Shown one piece after another: positions 1 through 8,923 of a DNA stretch of 64,000 bases. This DNA comes from Candidatus Bathyarchaeota archaeon. GTDB taxonomy: Archaea; Thermoproteota; Bathyarchaeia; Bathyarchaeales; Bathycorpusculaceae. Made by a program: the position numbers and the translations under genes. Each line of letters opens with the position of its first letter. Positions within the stretch are counted from its first letter, which is position 1. Location: contig OY970176.1 in assembly GCA_963707955.1 (NCBI GenBank), positions 1,472,001-1,536,000 on the forward strand, read 5' to 3'. The notes under the pieces are model-generated. The model saw only the letters and a program-made list of their open reading frames with translations. It did not search any database and had not been told where the DNA came from.

Positions 1-1162
1 TCAGGGCGTTCATGCTCAACTGGGTTTTAGGCCTGAACGCACCGTTTGAGCAGCTCCTTGAGGAGTTAGGTGAAAAGAGAGATGTTGAAGCTTGCCTTCT
101 GAAGTTCGCCTCTGCAAAGCCTAAGGCGGTTATAGTCGTTCCTTCTATTCACCCAGGGCCCTTTAAGAATATCGGAAGTAGTCTTTTGCCTTCATTACTA
201 AAGGCCTCTTTAGAAAAGCAGTTAGGCTGCGTTGCCTGCGTTCCCCATGGTTTGCTTGGCCACGAGTTTGATTTGGCTTCTCAGAGGCAGAATGAAAAGG
301 TCATTGAACAAGCCGTTGCGTCTGCACAAAGTCTAGAAGTTTCTGAAGCAAGAGCGTCTCCTTTCGTAAAAGTTACAAATGGTTTAGCTACTGCATGTTG
401 CCAAGTTTTCGGCAAATCCGCCATAATTTCGTTTACCATGGCACCTAAGACGATTGAGGATCTACCGGAAGAAATAGGTTTGTTCGTCCGAGATGAAGCT
501 GAGAGAAGAGGCCTAAGTTTCTGCGCGGTAGTTAACGCACACAACAGTATTGACGGAACTGCAGAAATGCGAGACTCTCTTGAGTCTTTGAAGGATGTTG
601 CAACTAAGTGTCTAGAGAAAGTGGTTTCGCTCGAGCAGTTGCCGTTTGAAGTCGGAGCCGCGACAGTTGCGCCCAAGGAGTTCACCCTCGAAGATGGCAT
701 GGGACCTGGCGGTATCACTGCCGTCGTTGTCAAGTGTGGGGGGCAGAAGCAACCTATGTTGTTATCGATGGCAACAACATGGTTTCTGGGTTGCGCGAAG
801 AAATTCTTTCGGCTCTGAAGTCAATGGGGCTTGACGAGGGCGAAGTCTTCACAACGGACACTCATTCAGTCAGTGCGCTGATATTGGGAGGACATGGTTA
901 CCACCCAGTCGGAGAGGTAATGGATAGGGAGAAGCTAGTAGGCTATGTTAAAGAGGCAGCGCGCACTGCAACCTCTGATTTGGAGCCTGTAAGAGCCTCC
1001 TGCAGCGGCATAAAAGTTGCTGACATCACGGTTCTCGGAGCGAAGCAACTTGAGACTTTATGTTTATTGATAGACAAAACTGTTCAAACAGCAAAGAAAA
1101 TCATTGCCCCAATCTTCGTAACTGCTGGCTTGCTATTAATGTTGTTTTTGTGGTTTGTTTGA
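1..1162 (+). CDS. DUF2070 family membrane protein, 5'-truncated by window edge, apparent frameshift near 745
   Basis: ORFs 12..818 and 734..1162 join into one protein (HPGPF, NAHNS, GMGPGGI ... YVVIDGNNM, TTDTHSV motifs); frame changes at cag-aa-gca-acc. Confidence 0.7.
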
Positions 1163-1221
1163 GCTAACACTAATAAGGTTGAAGTTTTCCATGGTTAACT
1201 TCTCGGTAGAAGGCGGAACCG

Positions 1222-1791
1222 GTGCTAAAGGAAATCAGGATCCATGGTCGCGGTGGCCAAGGAAGCGTCACTGCGGCAGAAGTTCTGGCTCACGCTGCTT
1301 TTATCGAGGGTAAATGGGTCCAAGCCTTTCCATATTTTGGAGCAGAACGCCGAGGCGCTCCGGTTAAAGCGTTCGCCAGGGTGAGCAGTGATCCGATACT
1401 TGTGCACAGTCAAGTTTACAATCCTGACTATGTCATAGTGCTTGACCCTTACATCTACAAGGTTGTGGATGTAACTGAAGGACTGAAAAAGAACGGGATT
1501 GTCGTCATTAATACGAAGAGAAAGCCTAAAGAAATTGGCTTGGAGGGCTGGCGAGTCGCCACGGTTGATGCGACTGGAATAGCTCTTGAACTCAACCTGC
1601 TTGTTGCAGGTTTGCCTGTTGTAAACACGTCAATCTTAGGCGCGTTTGCCAGAGCAACAGACGAGGTAAAACTGGAGAGCGTGTTCAAGGCCGTCACACA
1701 AACTTGGGCAGGTGCTGCTGGCGAGAAGAATTCGAAAGCGACAGAACTGGCCTATGAGCGTGTAACAAAATGGTGGGACAGTGAAGGATAA
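1222..1791 (+). CDS. porC: pyruvate/2-oxoacid:ferredoxin oxidoreductase gamma subunit
   Basis: [11 protein letters not shown] and [10 protein letters not shown] motifs; first gene of a gamma-delta-alpha-beta operon. Confidence 0.93.
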   Translation: MLKEIRIHGRGGQGSVTAAEVLAHAAFIEGKWVQAFPYFGAERRGAPVKAFARVSSDPILVHSQVYNPDYVIVLDPYIYKVVDVTEGLKKNGIVVINTKRKPKEIGLEGWRVATVDATGIALELNLLVAGLPVVNTSILGAFARATDEVKLESVFKAVTQTWAGAAGEKNSKATELAYERVTKWWDSEG

Positions 1792-2075
1792 TGAATGCGA
1801 CTACAAAGAGTCGTAAAAAATGGCCTCTCACACCTCTGTCCTCCCCAACGGTCGGGAGCATGGGAAAAACAGGATCATGGAGAACGTTCTGCCCGGAAGT
1901 CGACTATAGCAAGTGTACGCGTTGCACTCTTTGCTGGATCTACTGCCCGGACGCAGCTATTACTCGACGAGAGGACGATTCACCGGAAATAGACTACGAC
2001 TACTGCAAGGGCTGCGGAATATGTGCAAACGAGTGTCCGACCAAGGCAATAACGATGAAGCGGGAGGAAGAGTAA
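1791..2075 (+). CDS. porD: 2-oxoacid:ferredoxin oxidoreductase delta subunit (2x[4Fe-4S])
   Basis: KTGSWRT motif; CxxCxxCxxxCP twice. Confidence 0.93.
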   Translation: MNATTKSRKKWPLTPLSSPTVGSMGKTGSWRTFCPEVDYSKCTRCTLCWIYCPDAAITRREDDSPEIDYDYCKGCGICANECPTKAITMKREEE

Positions 2076-3253
2076 TGGCGCAGATGATAATTGATACGGC
2101 AAACCACATAGCGGGTTACGCTGTGAAAGCCGCGAGGGTCAAAGTTGTTGCAGCCTACCCAATTACTCCTCAGACAACCATTGTTGAGAAGATAGCTGAC
2201 TTTGTGGAAACGGGACAGATGGACGCGGAGTACATTCGCGTGGAATCTGAGCATAGTGCTATGGTGGCTTGCATGTCTGCTGCTGCGACTGGGGTTAGAA
2301 CTTTCACGGCTACGTCCTCTCATGGTCTGGCCCTTATGCATGAAGCTTTACACTGGGCTTCGGGCTCACGCTTACCAGTTGTGATGGCCGTTGTAAATCG
2401 CGCCATGGGGGCTCCATGGAGCATATGGCCCGACCTCAGCGATTCTCTTTCCCAGCGAGACACGGGTTGGATTCAGTTCTACTGCGCTGACAATCAGGAA
2501 GTTTTTGACACTATAATTCAAGCCTACAAGCTGTGCGAGGATGAAAAGGTCTTTCTGCCAGCGATGGTCTGTCTCGAAGGTTTCATTCTGTCCCACACTT
2601 ACGCGCCTGTCAGTATTCCAGACCAAGACAAAATCGATGATTTCCTGCCAGAGTACAAGTCTGGCTGGACCTTGGATGTCAATCGTCCGTACTCTCACGC
2701 TAGTCTGGTTTCGCCTGAATGGTACATGGAGTTTCGTTACATGATTCAAGAAGCCATGGAGAATGCTAGGCGATTGATCCCGCAGATTGACAGAGAGTAT
2801 GCTAAGCATTTTGGAAGGCAATACGGGGGTCTCATTGACAAGTACAAGTGTGAGGATGCGGACCTGATAATGCTGACGATGGGAACAATGGCAAGTGACG
2901 CCAAACTGGCTGTTGACAAACTGCGCCAGGAAGGACAGAAAGTTGGGTCGGCAAGAGTCCGTGTCTATCGTCCGTACCCAGTGGAAGAGATCGCTAAGCT
3001 GGCCGGAAACGTCCAAATGATCTCAACCATTGACCGCCACATATCCTTTGGAATGGAGGGTTTTCTGGCATCAGAAACCAAAGCAGCCCTGTTCAACGAT
3101 AAAGATCGACCTATGGTGGCCGGTTTCATCGCGGGTTTGGGAGGCAGAGACGTGACCGCCGAGACCATTGAAAGAATGGCTCGAAAATCATTGAAATGGA
3201 TGCACGCTGGCAAAGTTGAAAAAATGACTGAATGGGTCGACTTAAAGGAGTGA
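2075..3253 (+). CDS. porA: 2-oxoacid:ferredoxin oxidoreductase alpha subunit
   Basis: AYPITPQT, ESEHSA, TATSSHGL, GLGGRD motifs; ATG at 2075 overlaps the delta TAA. Confidence 0.93.
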   Translation: MAQMIIDTANHIAGYAVKAARVKVVAAYPITPQTTIVEKIADFVETGQMDAEYIRVESEHSAMVACMSAAATGVRTFTATSSHGLALMHEALHWASGSRLPVVMAVVNRAMGAPWSIWPDLSDSLSQRDTGWIQFYCADNQEVFDTIIQAYKLCEDEKVFLPAMVCLEGFILSHTYAPVSIPDQDKIDDFLPEYKSGWTLDVNRPYSHASLVSPEWYMEFRYMIQEAMENARRLIPQIDREYAKHFGRQYGGLIDKYKCEDADLIMLTMGTMASDAKLAVDKLRQEGQKVGSARVRVYRPYPVEEIAKLAGNVQMISTIDRHISFGMEGFLASETKAALFNDKDRPMVAGFIAGLGGRDVTAETIERMARKSLKWMHAGKVEKMTEWVDLKE

Positions 3254-3259
3254 AGAAGG

Positions 3260-4186
3260 ATGGTGACGATAAAAGATCTTCCAAAAGAAGAGTACCTGTT
3301 GAAAGGTCATGCTGCCTGTGCTGGCTGCGGTCCAGCTGTCTCACTGCGCTTACTCCTTAAAGCGTTAGGCAACAAGGTTATAATGGTTGTCCCAGCATGT
3401 TGCACAACAGTGATTCAGGGACCCTATCCTTACACTTCTTCTGCCGTCCCCCTCGAAAACGTATTGTTTGAGTCTACAGGTGCGGCAGCATCAGGAATCG
3501 TTGCGGCATTGAAGAAGAGAAACCTCGAAGATATCACTGTTGTGGGCTGGGCTGGAGACGGCGGAACCGTTGACATTGGGATTCAAGCCCTGTCAGGAGC
3601 GGCTGAAAGAGGAACTAACTTCATCTACATATGCTATGACAACGAAGCCTACGGCAACACTGGAATGCAGCGGAGTGGAGCCACACCCTACGGGGCTTGG
3701 ACAACCACCACGCCGTCTGGAAAGAAAGAGCGCAAGAAGGACATGCCGCTCATAATGGCTGCCCACAGAATACCCTACGTCGCGACTGCCTGTACCTCCT
3801 ACCCATTGGACTTTGTAAACAAGCTTAGAAAAGCCAAGGAGATCAAGGGGACAAAGTACATCCACCTTCTAGCACCCTGTCCGACTGGGTGGCGATACGA
3901 CACCAGCAAAACGATAGAGATGGGTCGACTGGCAGTGCTGACTGGTTTGTGGGTTCTTTACGAGATTGAGAATGGAAAGTTCAAACTCAACTCTCCCAGC
4001 GACCGACTAGTTGACAAGGCAAAGCGCAAGCCCGTCAAGGAGTATTTTATGTTGCAGGGTCGATTCCGCAACATGCCGGAAGAGGACATTGAAAAGATCC
4101 ACAAATGGATTGACGAGGACTGGGAGCAATATCGCAAGCTGGCATCCGGTAACGCGTCTCAACTCGCTCTCTATGCAAAAGCATGA
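3260..4186 (+). CDS. porB: 2-oxoacid:ferredoxin oxidoreductase beta subunit (TPP-binding)
   Basis: GHAACAGCG, GDGGT-DIG...YDNEAYGNTG, PCPTGW motifs. Confidence 0.93.
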   Translation: MVTIKDLPKEEYLLKGHAACAGCGPAVSLRLLLKALGNKVIMVVPACCTTVIQGPYPYTSSAVPLENVLFESTGAAASGIVAALKKRNLEDITVVGWAGDGGTVDIGIQALSGAAERGTNFIYICYDNEAYGNTGMQRSGATPYGAWTTTTPSGKKERKKDMPLIMAAHRIPYVATACTSYPLDFVNKLRKAKEIKGTKYIHLLAPCPTGWRYDTSKTIEMGRLAVLTGLWVLYEIENGKFKLNSPSDRLVDKAKRKPVKEYFMLQGRFRNMPEEDIEKIHKWIDEDWEQYRKLASGNASQLALYAKA

Positions 4187-4302
4187 GCCGACCCATGGTG
4201 TGAGTAAACACTGCGCTAGTGGCCAGCCTCCTTTTTTATGTGATTTTTTGAAGATTTACAGATACTTATATAAAACTGTGCTTTCTAATCGTCTAGCTCC
4301 AA

Positions 4303-5652
4303 TTGGTGATGGAAATGGCTAGTTATCCGAAGATTATTGTCACTCCACCGGGCCCTAAAGCAAGGGAACTAGTTAGAAAAGACGAAACACTCATTTCGCC
4401 TTCCTACGGTCGATTCTATCCTCTTGTCGTCGAGTCAGGCAGAGGTTGTATCGTAAAGGATGTCGACGGCAACGAGTACATCGACTTCAACTCTGGCTTG
4501 GTGTGCATGAACGTCGGCCACAACCATCCCAAAGTGGTTGCAGCCATAAAGAATCAGTGCGACCGCTTCCTGCACTACTCAAACACGGATTTCTTCTACA
4601 GGGAGGTCGTTGAGCTCGCGGACAAACTGGCTCATGTTACACCTGGAAGCCCTGAGAAGAAGGTCTATTTTGGTAACAGTGGAGCAGAAGCTATAGAAGC
4701 TGCTGTCAAGCTTGCAAAGTGGCATAGCCGCAAACAGCTGTTCATAGCGTTCACCGGCTCCTTCCATGGTCGTACAGTAGGAGCACTGTCCTTAACAGCC
4801 AGCAAGCCGACTCAGAAACGCTATTTCTTCCCGTTGATGCCTGGGGTAACTCATGTTCCTTACGGGTACTGCTACAGATGCCCGTTCAAGCTGGCACTCC
4901 CTGAGTGCCACTACTGGTGCGTTGACTTTATTGATGAGCAAGTTCTGCAGAAGTACGTTCCCCCTGAGGACACTGCTGGAATCGTGGTTGAACCCATACA
5001 GGGTGAAGGCGGGTACGTTGTGCCACCGCCAGAATACTTCCAGCGACTGAAGAAGCTTGCCGACAAGTATGGATTGCTGCTAATAGACGACGAAGTACAA
5101 TCAGGAATGGGCAGAACTGGAAAATGGTTTGCGATCGAACACTGGGGGGTTGAGCCAGACATCCTTTGCACCTCAAAGGCACTGGCTTCGGGACTACCCC
5201 TAGGAGCGACTGTAGCCAAAGCCAAAGTCATGGATTGGGTTCCAGGCTCTCACGCAAGCACGTTTGGCGGCAACCCACTGTCATGCGTCGCGGCAAGCGC
5301 AGTGATAGACGTCATAAAGGAGGAAAAGCTTCTTGAGAACGCGACGAAGGAAGGTGCTTACATCATGAAGCGGCTTACAGAACTGAAAGAGAAGAGTGAA
5401 ATCGTGGGAGACGTCAGGGGCAAGGGTTTGATGATAGGCATGGAAATCGTTGAAGACAAGGAAAGCAAGAAGCCAGCACCTCAAAAGGCAAGCGAGATAA
5501 TGACCCGCTCATGGAAAAGAGGGATCAACGTCATTACCTGTGGGGTTTCAACTATTAGAGTTGCCCCGCCTCTGATCATAGCCAGAGAGCTTGTGGATAC
5601 GGCACTGGACATAATTGAAGGCGTCACAAAAGAAGTTGAAAAGGAAAGCTAG
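4303..5652 (+). CDS. class III PLP aminotransferase (acetylornithine/4-aminobutyrate type)
   Basis: DVDGNEYIDF, SGAEAIEAA, FHGRT, EPIQGEGG, DEVQSGMGRTG, STFGGNP motifs. Confidence 0.9.
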   Translation: MVMEMASYPKIIVTPPGPKARELVRKDETLISPSYGRFYPLVVESGRGCIVKDVDGNEYIDFNSGLVCMNVGHNHPKVVAAIKNQCDRFLHYSNTDFFYREVVELADKLAHVTPGSPEKKVYFGNSGAEAIEAAVKLAKWHSRKQLFIAFTGSFHGRTVGALSLTASKPTQKRYFFPLMPGVTHVPYGYCYRCPFKLALPECHYWCVDFIDEQVLQKYVPPEDTAGIVVEPIQGEGGYVVPPPEYFQRLKKLADKYGLLLIDDEVQSGMGRTGKWFAIEHWGVEPDILCTSKALASGLPLGATVAKAKVMDWVPGSHASTFGGNPLSCVAASAVIDVIKEEKLLENATKEGAYIMKRLTELKEKSEIVGDVRGKGLMIGMEIVEDKESKKPAPQKASEIMTRSWKRGINVITCGVSTIRVAPPLIIARELVDTALDIIEGVTKEVEKES

Positions 5653-5670
5653 ATCTGCACGCGTGTTCAA

Positions 5671-6099
5671 ATGGAAATCCGTAGGCTAACCGCAGTCGAC
5701 TACAAGGAAATCGTGAAGTTTTGGTCCATTACTCAACTGCCTCATAAACCAAGGGGCCGTGACAGCGAGCAAGCAATAGCGTTGGAAATGAAAGCTAATC
5801 CAGACTTTTTCTTGGGAGCCTTCGAGCATGGGCGTCTTGTTGGAACAGTAGTCATAAGTTGTGACCTGAGAAAGGGTTGGATAAACCGTTTAGCTGTGCA
5901 TCCAGCCTTTAGAACCCGCGGCATAGCGAGGGCCCTAATCGATGAAAGCGAGAGAATCCTTAGAAAACGCGGTGTGAGACTCTTCTGTGTTTTGATTGAA
6001 GGTTCGAATGTTGCGTCGAAAAACCTCTTCAGAAAGTGCGGCTATGAGGAGCATCATGATATACTGTATTTTGCTATACTTTTTAGTAAAATAAACTAG
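5671..6099 (+). CDS. GNAT acetyltransferase with C-terminus replaced by an inserted element
   Basis: RLAVHPAFRTRGIA acetyl-CoA motif; the apparent original tail (LYF)SKRDSGDV* is found at 8818-8853 beyond the insertion. Confidence 0.85.
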   Translation: MEIRRLTAVDYKEIVKFWSITQLPHKPRGRDSEQAIALEMKANPDFFLGAFEHGRLVGTVVISCDLRKGWINRLAVHPAFRTRGIARALIDESERILRKRGVRLFCVLIEGSNVASKNLFRKCGYEEHHDILYFAILFSKIN

Positions 6100-6117
6100 A
6101 TGAGTTTAAGTATGCCT

Positions 6118-6154
6118 GTCTCAATTCCCATTGCTTGGGATTTTTCCATGCACC
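6118..6154 (-). repeat. solitary CRISPR-repeat-like unit (37 nt)
   Basis: Minus strand GGTGCATGGAAAAATCCCAAGCAATGGGAATTGAGAC: TCCCA/TGGGA hairpin followed by 8-nt ATTGAGAC handle-like tail. Confidence 0.55.
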
Positions 6155-6255
6155 TAACAGTACGGGAGGAGTAACGTGGCTAGGCGTAGTATTCCGCGTA
6201 TCGCGCCAGCATATACATTACTTAATCCCATTCGCCGTCTCTATTCGCCATCCAG

Positions 6256-6286
6256 CTTCAAATTCTTTCTGGAAGCCCAGTGCAAC
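6256..6286 (-). repeat. second CRISPR-repeat-like unit (31 nt)
   Basis: Minus strand GTTGCACTGGGCTTCCAGAAAGAATTTGAAG; GTTGCA start and AAGAATT(T)GAAG end resemble archaeal repeats. Confidence 0.45.
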
Positions 6287-6382
6287 CACCTCTCTTGAAC
6301 ACAAAAGCCAATCCTATTTGACACACAGAATAGGAAACGCTTATACAGTAGTACGTCAACTCTGTTGTACGAGGCAACTCGC

Positions 6383-6610
6383 ATGGAGAACGTAGTGAAA
6401 GTAACGCGAAGAGGACAAACCACAATCCCTGTGGAATTCAGGCAGAAGTTTGGAATCAAGGAAGGAGATCAACTGATGGTTGAAGCCACTGAGAAAGGAT
6501 TGCTCTTTAGGCCGATCCCCAGACTTGAAGACATGGCAGGCATAGACGCAAAATACGGCAAAGTGGAGGAAGTCAAGAAGCACATAGACAAACTCCGCGA
6601 GGAATACTAG
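6383..6610 (+). CDS. vapB: AbrB/MazE-fold antitoxin (VapB-like)
   Basis: VKVTRRGQTTIPVEFRQKFGIKEGD swapped-hairpin motif; directly upstream of a PIN gene. Confidence 0.88.
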   Translation: MENVVKVTRRGQTTIPVEFRQKFGIKEGDQLMVEATEKGLLFRPIPRLEDMAGIDAKYGKVEEVKKHIDKLREEY

Positions 6611-6612
6611 GC

Positions 6613-7011
6613 TTGAAAGAAGTCTTGGACACAAGATTCTTCACTGAACACTTCTACTCCGATCAGGTGCAGACAAAACAGATAACAGCGAGAAGACTGA
6701 GAGAACTAACAAGCAGAAACGAAGGAATATTGCCCACCATCGTCATCTCTGAAGTCATCCAAATAACCTGCGAAAAAAGAGGAAAAGAACTAGCAGAGAC
6801 TCGCTATCATGCGCTCATGGAAAGCGGACTCCAAATCCAAAGCTTGACCCCAACCATCGCCAAACAGGCCGGCCTCATCAAATGCCAACACAAAAACATC
6901 CCTATGGGCGACTGCATAATAGCCGCAACCGCCATAACTAGCCAAGCACGCATACTCTCTGACGACCCACACTACGACACAATAAAAGAAACCAAACGCA
7001 CATGGATCTAA
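6613..7011 (+). CDS. vapC: PIN-domain toxin (VapC-like)
   Basis: VLDT, ISE, MGDCIIAATA, LSDDPHY acidic PIN motifs; 132 aa. Confidence 0.88.
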   Translation: MKEVLDTRFFTEHFYSDQVQTKQITARRLRELTSRNEGILPTIVISEVIQITCEKRGKELAETRYHALMESGLQIQSLTPTIAKQAGLIKCQHKNIPMGDCIIAATAITSQARILSDDPHYDTIKETKRTWI

Positions 7012-7198
7012 GAAAGGAATAGACAGACAAGACATGCACGTCTTGAAAAGCCGAGAAAACCGGCACGCTTCATCTACTTATGCATCAGGCTTGCCCCGAA
7101 ATTATGGGGTAAATCTGAAAAGCTAGTGTCAGATGAGTTTTTGGCACCGAAACGATCAGTGCCGCAGATTCATGTCACACTCAATAAAGCATTGGAGT

Positions 7199-7996
7199 TC
7201 AAGATTTCACGTTCAGCTTGATCACACCGAATCCTCCTGTTCTGTTGCCGCCTACGCTCGCATACTCAGCGAAATTTGCCAGCATACACGTTATTTTGTT
7301 CCATTCGCTTTCCTGATCCTTTAGTTCATAAGTAGCCCAGCCAACGAAACCTGTTGCCTTCTTCCTCCTCATGGTTGCCAACCTCGTCCACAACTCATAC
7401 TCGCTCACACCCACGTTCTTGTCCAGCCACTCCCTATACGCCACGTACTCCTCTTTCCCAAACCGTCTCCCATCACTGAACAAGTTCCAACAACGCATCA
7501 AACCCGAAAAAACCTTTACAGCATCAGGAAACATCCAATGATAACCACTTCCCAAACTGGCAAAATACGTAGGCGACCTAAACGAAAGCCTAAACGCATC
7601 CGCTACTCCAGCTTCCTTCTCCAACTCCTCATAACTCTTACAGTTCACGCTCAGCGAAGCGATACGAAAGACCGTATCAAAAACCATCAAGCTATTCTGC
7701 TTCTGAAAGAAACTAAGCAAGAACGTCGAATACTCGTCCTTCAAAAACCTGAAACCGACCCGACAAGGAAACAACGGATCCAGCACATAACCACCCTCAG
7801 CGCGGCTCTTACTCCTAAACCGCAAAGGCGTCACGCTATAAGGCTTAGACACGTTCAACTAATGCAACAAACCAGACGCACCAGGATCAACCATCCTAAC
7901 AACATGCAACAACAAACCACGAGCCACATAACCCGTAAAAAACGGCAAAACCGTACTTTTCTCTGCATACATCTCCAAACCAATCTCAACAGGCAA
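7199..7996 (-). pseudogene. cas6: CRISPR-associated endoribonuclease Cas6 with one in-frame TAG at codon 46
   Basis: TTG start 7996, MPVEIGLEMYAEKSTVLPFFTGYVARGLLLH...LLH*LNVSKPYSVTPL; FRSPTYF; C-terminal G-rich loop VGGNRTGGFG; TAG at 7859-7861. Confidence 0.85.
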
Positions 7997-7999
7997 CTA

Positions 8000-8024
8000 C
8001 ATTCAACTCCCATATATGGGATTG
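8000..8024 (-). repeat. CRISPR-repeat-like hairpin in the cas6 leader
   Basis: Minus strand CAATCCCATATATGGGAGTTGAATG ending 3 nt before the cas6 TTG; same AATCCCA/TGGGA stem and RTTGA tail as 6118-6154. Confidence 0.55.
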
Positions 8025-8230
8025 CGATACACTGCTCTATACAAGAAAGGCGAAGTATCAACTTAAGACTTTTTTCATCTTCATTCTCTGCTGTGGTTTA
8101 TCGCGACTATCCTTCAGCCCAGTTTTTCTGCCTAGGGGTCGAGCATTTGCGACTGCCGACAAAACTGCGCCCAATAGTACAAGCTAAACATCGAATGAAA
8201 CTCATGTAAAAAATGCAGAAGTGACATAAA

Positions 8231-8428
8231 TTGAAAAATAAATCAAAATTCCTGCGCCAAGCATTAATCGGTTTCATCTTGTGGACACTATTTCTTAGTC
8301 CATACATGCTTTTTGTCGCTCATGTAAACCTTGCGCAGTATCTATGGTGGCTATTGATGGAAGGCTTACTTGTACCTCCCATTTCTATTGTCGTTATTAA
8401 CGTTACGAATAGACTAACTAAACAATAG
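8231..8428 (+). CDS. small hypothetical membrane protein
   Basis: 65 aa with two hydrophobic segments; AT-rich cargo of the element. Confidence 0.5.
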   Translation: MKNKSKFLRQALIGFILWTLFLSPYMLFVAHVNLAQYLWWLLMEGLLVPPISIVVINVTNRLTKQ

Positions 8429-8470
8429 TCACCTGCTTGTACGCGCTAGTAAAACTTAGGAGAAAACACA

Positions 8471-8698
8471 ATGACTTACAGGCAAAAAAGGCCAAGATGG
8501 TGCGAGCATCAAGACTGCATATGTCAAAGAAACATTTCTAACCAGATGTGTGGTGGTAGGCTTCCGAATCCTGTACTTCATGTGGACACCTTTAATTTTT
8601 ACCATTTATGCCTCAGAGTAGATGGTGAAGTATCTACTTTCGAGATAAATAGTACTGACTTAGACTGCTTCAGACAGATCTTTGATGCTTTAGATTAG
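8471..8698 (+). CDS. small Cys/His-rich hypothetical protein
   Basis: 75 aa; AGGAGA RBS before ATG; WCEHQDCIC...C...HLC pattern. Confidence 0.55.
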   Translation: MTYRQKRPRWCEHQDCICQRNISNQMCGGRLPNPVLHVDTFNFYHLCLRVDGEVSTFEINSTDLDCFRQIFDALD

Positions 8699-8923
8699 AA
8701 GGAAAACAAGTCTTTTAAGTCGATAGTCGCCCGCCCCTTCTCTTTTTCGGCATTTCTACCTTAGAAGCATGCGAAAGCTCTGCTTGTTTAGTTTGCTAAC
8801 CTGAAAAGATAGGCAAACTGTATTTCAGCAAGCGGGATAGCGGCGACGTCTGATCGTTTCTCACGAAAAAGCCAGATTGCCTTCCCGCGCATATGCCTGC
8901 GATGACTTCCAACAGTCTGTTCT

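Larger units (their letters stand above)
6071..8816. mobile_element. non-autonomous TIR element carrying vapBC, orphan cas6 and CRISPR-repeat-like units
   Basis: Direct repeat ACTGTATT(T) at 6063-6071 and 8817-8825; imperfect inverted ends 6071-6117 and 8765-8816; removing it restores the GNAT frame ...HDILYFSKRDSGDV*; no transposase ORF. Confidence 0.8.

Noticed and set aside
7085-7125. CCCC-GAAATTAT-GGGG hairpin followed by CTGAAAAG as a fourth repeat-like unit
   Set aside because: Different stem and opposite strand; could simply be a terminator between convergent vapC and cas6.
7855-8061. 68-aa Cys-rich minus-strand ORF
   Set aside because: Alternative frame over the true cas6 N-terminus.
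7538-8209. 223-aa plus-strand ORF
   Set aside because: Antisense shadow of the G/T-rich cas6 strand with no recognisable motifs.
6100-8816. A true CRISPR array near cas6
   Set aside because: No run of identical repeats with regular spacers; only three dissimilar solitary units.
6071-8816. Tn7/CAST or casposon assignment for the element
   Set aside because: No tns, tniQ, cas1 or polB genes, and the 8-9 bp duplication does not fit the 5-bp Tn7 TSD.
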